38,335 nt of DNA from Nemertoderma westbladi (lineage: Eukaryota > Animalia > Xenacoelomorpha). Location: positions 1-38,335 of the forward strand of contig JAUCBJ010005153.1 in the NCBI GenBank assembly GCA_032718475.1. Direction: 5' to 3'. Below the pieces are notes generated by a model. The model saw only the letters and a list, made by a program, of their open reading frames with translations. It was not told the origin of the DNA and did not search any database. Position numbers and translations under genes: made by a program. Positions 34,794-38,335 of this stretch are shown here, piece after piece (position 1 is the stretch's first letter; every line of letters begins with the position of its first letter).

Positions 34794-35194
34794 AGGAGGT
34801 CGATATATTCCACCGGCTTGGTCGGAAACGCTCGAACACTCAAACCCCTGAAGTTCTTCTCGCAAACGGTTCCAACAGGGTTAATTCTCGCCCCATAATA
34901 GTAAAATTATATGGGCACTCCTCGCGTAAAACCACTTTATGAAACCGAAAGAGTCTCACTGACGGGATATATGTCACAGAACATCTGACACGTGATCATG
35001 CGGCATTATTCCGACCAGAATCAAAGATGAAATCCTCTAATCGTATTTCTGCAGCCTTTACTTTCGACTGTGCTGTCTTCGTCCATGTCAAACCCGACGA
35101 CAAAGCAATAAAGATGGATAATATTTCAAATCTACATGACCTCGAAAGGGTAATTGTCCCTAGTGGTTCTGGTGGCAACAATGGTGCAGCCTGA
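34793..35194 (+). pseudogene. LINE ORF1-type (RRM + C-terminal domain) remnant, not in ORF track
   Basis: KEVDIFHRLGRK...RPIIVKL...L*NRKSLTDGIYVTEHLTRDHAALF...ISAAFTFDCAVFV; one in-frame TGA. Confidence 0.75.
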
Positions 35195-35936
35195 ACTAAC
35201 TTGGGAATGTTTGGCTAGTCTAGACGAGTATTGCAGTTGATCTCATTAAGTTGCCCTTAACTTTATCATTAGCTCAAGTCTATGCTATACTACTTTCCTT
35301 CAATGAACAACTTTTTTTTTCTCTGTTTAGGCCCCTCCTTTTTTTATCACAAAAAAGTTAAGATGTTCTCTCTTTTTGTTTAATTGGAAATTATTCGCTA
35401 CTCAATTTTTTCTTTTTTTTAGTCATACAACTTCTATTTGGAAATGCAGAAATGTATAATAGATATGGTACTGGTGATCAACTTCAAGATTGTGCTTATA
35501 TTTATGAAAATTTTTGAATTTAAACTCAATATATTTTTTGGGGTTATTGATTGCCAACTTAATGATTTCCTGCCACTCGACCGCCAGTGTGTCATATGGG
35601 ATTTGAAATTCGACTACACGTACGTTGCATTTCCCCAGTTACCCATCCTAACCCTATCCTATCACCCATCTGTGTCGCATGCAATCGCCCACCACACTGT
35701 GTACTGCGTGCTATCTATTATACTGTACGTTTTTATTACGATTATTGATTACACAACTCAATGATTCTTGTTCTTATTATATGATTCTTATTATACTGAT
35801 ATTACCCTTTTTTTGACTGCTTTTTCTGTCAGCAGTATTGTTTTACGCTAGTTTTATCAACCCACTGGCTTGTTATACCCATATAAATCACACCACGGCA
35901 AGTCTACAGTAGTTTAGGTCCATTAGCGGTAGTTAG

Positions 35937-36185
35937 GATTCGCTACGCGGGTATTGTTGTCTCGCGAGTTTGGTCTGTTTCTGTAGACTGTATTTCTGCC
36001 TCACCAGTTAGGGACCGGTTACCCCGATTGTCAAGTTAGCCCGGGCATTTGATTCGCCCAAGTTTAGGGGAAGACATCAGGCACCGATCTCGCCAGTAGT
36101 AGTTTGTGTACATTGGTATCTATTATTTAGGCCCGATTGTTGGGATTTTACAGTAGATATTGTACAGCAGTCACTGGATTCTACA
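35937..36185. repeat. Dispersed ~250-bp repeat, copy 2 (possible solo LTR, may start at TGTT 35871)
   Basis: Homologous to 8621-8873; ends ...ctaCA; no TSD found. Confidence 0.8.
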
Positions 36186-36498
36186 ATGAAAATATTTACA
36201 TCTTAAAATATTGTGTGTATGATAATTTATAATAGTTAGAATGTTGTTATAGCTTTCGATACAGTATAGTATACCATCCATCTGTTGCAATATACAACAG
36301 AGCTGCTTGCCGGCTATCATGCATTATATTATACAGTAAATACATAATAAGGTATTCTGCTGTTGTAATCCATAACTTCGCTTGTGGTTTGGGCTGTAAT
36401 ATCTCTATTTAACCCCACTTTTACAACACTGCACTTTAGGTTCATTACTTAGTGTTTCGACTATCCCGTTCTGGTGGTTCCATTAACAATATTGATTT

Positions 36499-36742
36499 TA
36501 TCTCTTTACATTAATATAATTGTGTAATGAAAGGATATCCTCTGCATGTGGAAGGTCATCAACTTTATTAAAATGGGATTTCTTCATTCTATACAAAGAA
36601 GAAGATGAGATTTTGACATGCCACTTGTACAGTACAGTCACATGAAGTTGTTTACCAGTGCTTGAATTTCTGCATTCTGCGATTTAATGGCTTCACACCT
36701 GATTAAATTATCCAATTTCCGAAGAACATAACCAACTTCCGA
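36499..36742 (-). pseudogene. Decayed coding fragment resembling metazoan tyrosine-recombinase-fold proteins that often accompany SET domains
   Basis: VGYVLRKLDNLIRCEAI...NNFM*LY then frameshift to KWHVKISSSSLYRMKKSHFNKVDDLPHAEDILSLHNYI; pattern recalled by eye only. Confidence 0.45.
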
Positions 36743-36899
36743 CGATGTAATAACAGTAGCGCTGACCATGCATTGCAGTGACATTCATACATGCACGACG
36801 CACGTATAGAGTATGCAAGCACGCGGCTCGCACATGGAAATCGAGTTTTTGAGTTGAGTTGTATTATTCAAATAGCAGACAACTTACCACAGAAAACCG

Positions 36900-37242
36900 T
36901 GTGTGGGAGTGGGGGTCTGTGTATGTGGGAGTGGGGAGGGTGGGGGGTGGGGGTGCCAGGTTGGGGTGGGGGATGGGGTGGGGTGGAGTGAGGGGGTAGG
37001 CGGTGGGGGTGGAGGGCGGGGGGGGGGGGGGGGGCATGAGGGACAAGGGGTTGGGGACAGGGGTTGTGAGAGGCCGGTTGAGTACCAGAATAGACAGAGT
37101 TAATTGATGGTTAGATTAGAACGGAGTGGATGACTGGGGTTGGTAAGTGGGGGGCAGAGCATGAGGGTGTGGGGTGGGAGGTGGGGGTGAGACATGAGGG
37201 TGGGGGCTGGAGTGGGGTTTTGGGTGAGACAGAGATGGGGGC
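36900..37242 (+). repeat. G-rich low-complexity tract (G-quadruplex-prone)
   Basis: Dense GGG-GGGGG runs with short spacers and a long poly-G at ~37017-37034. Confidence 0.85.
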
Positions 37243-37652
37243 AGACCTGTCGACATCGATCTATCCGCCATTAGCCAAGGCAAGTTATAAGCCACACTAC
37301 ACCACGGACTCTTCACAGCTGTTAAACACTCGGAGACTCTTGTTCTAGAGATCAGATCCAATATTGCTCGATCCCTTTCCAACCACGCCTTTCTAGGTCT
37401 GGAATTTGTAGAGCAAATGACATTGCCACGGACACCACGGTATTATACAGAGGACGTATAGGACTGCATGTGGGGGGCGACGACTGTACCATGTGACGAG
37501 TCTCATGACACGGGACAGGGGTGGTACCAATACCACAATTACAGTTTGCCATTGGCTCATCCTAATGATGCCTTTTACTGAACTTAATACTGACAACACT
37601 ATGTTAGAGACTGTTAGAGATTTATTCATACATAATATAAATATAATATTAC

Positions 37653-37989
37653 CTTCTACTATTTCCATTTCCAGTGGAGGATCAATTTTCTTGCGCTTTT
37701 TTGAGCAGTTCTTCGCCGTTGGTGTAACATGAACTGGTGCTAGTGGAGTACTATTCCTCAGAGTATCCAAAGATGTCTCGTACTCAGTTTCAAACGCTTT
37801 CACTGCCCTGCTGTGGCTCGCCGCCTGAATGGTGCCCTGATATTCCACATCACTCACGGAACAGGAAACAACACCTCCGACTTCTATCTTTCCGCGAACC
37901 TTGGAGGAACAACATATCCCATGTGTGCCGTCTTTCCAAACAATGAATACAAAGTTCGGGGGTCGAACCTCTCGGGAAGCTGTTGGCAT
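37653..37989 (-). CDS. Probable coding exon of an unknown gene (first ~112 codons of listed ORF 37393-37989)
   Basis: ATG preceded by ttcag/atcag acceptor-like sites; protein-like composition with KKRKK NLS; AG|GTAAT donor at 37652 followed by AT-rich sequence. Confidence 0.4.
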
Positions 37990-38186
37990 ACTGATTACTG
38001 AATTTAGAATAAAAACACTAGTAAAAGTAAAATGTATAAAAAAATAATCGCAAAAGTGGTTTCAAGCAAACAGGAAAATATAACATGATGAAATGAGCCC
38101 TGCCTGTATCCATCCTTTAAGTAGATTACAGTAAGCGTAATAAACGTGCACACCGCTCTCACTGCCTCTTCTCTTCCTAAGCAGTG

Positions 38187-38222
38187 ATTGGTCGTTCAAA
38201 GTCATGGAAGCTGCAGGATTGG
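38187..38222 (-). promoter_or_regulatory. Two CCAAT boxes 31 bp apart
   Basis: gattggt at 38186 and 38217, ~200 bp upstream of the minus-strand ATG at 37989. Confidence 0.35.
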
Positions 38223-38335
38223 TTGCAAAATAGGCAACATCATTTCAACAACTTTGTTTCAGTGGTCAAATTAGTGTTAACATCATATCGGCAGTCTATT
38301 TAGAGTTTATTCTGTCAAATGTATATCCCAACCCC

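Noticed and set aside
8621-36185. Single 27-kb LTR element bounded by the two 250-bp repeats
   Set aside because: Copies are strongly diverged, no TSD or PBS, and internal BEL pieces have mixed orientation.
36791-37382. Gly- or Pro-rich ORFs
   Set aside because: Translations of the G-rich tract.

Overview
AT-rich eukaryotic (invertebrate-metazoan-like) DNA made almost entirely of nested, partly decayed transposable elements and tandem repeats. The elements are four BEL/Pao LTR-retrotransposon pieces, two RTE-type LINEs with (TAG)n tails, a CRE-type (restriction-like endonuclease) retrotransposon inserted in a 27/28-bp satellite, two Penelope-like elements (PLEs), a TTAA-flanked piggyBac-type non-autonomous element, a TA-type MITE and a LINE ORF1 remnant. 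The only intact host-like gene is an intronless type II membrane fibrinogen-related (FReD) protein (2475-3527). The most unusual observations are: (1) a ~260-bp element at 1371-1632 in which a canonical-core hammerhead ribozyme sits between tRNA-like Pol III A and B boxes and is fused to the 3' tail of the RTE LINE 4.85 kb downstream, i.e. a candidate ribozyme-carrying SINE next to its partner LINE; (2) a ~1434-codon orphan zinc-knuckle ORF (26008-21704, split by one in-frame TAA) downstream of a BEL pol gene; (3) a pseudoknot-like structure at the 5' end of that RTE LINE; (4) a short inverted repeat bracketing the FReD gene. All family assignments come from motif recognition by eye; no searches were run.
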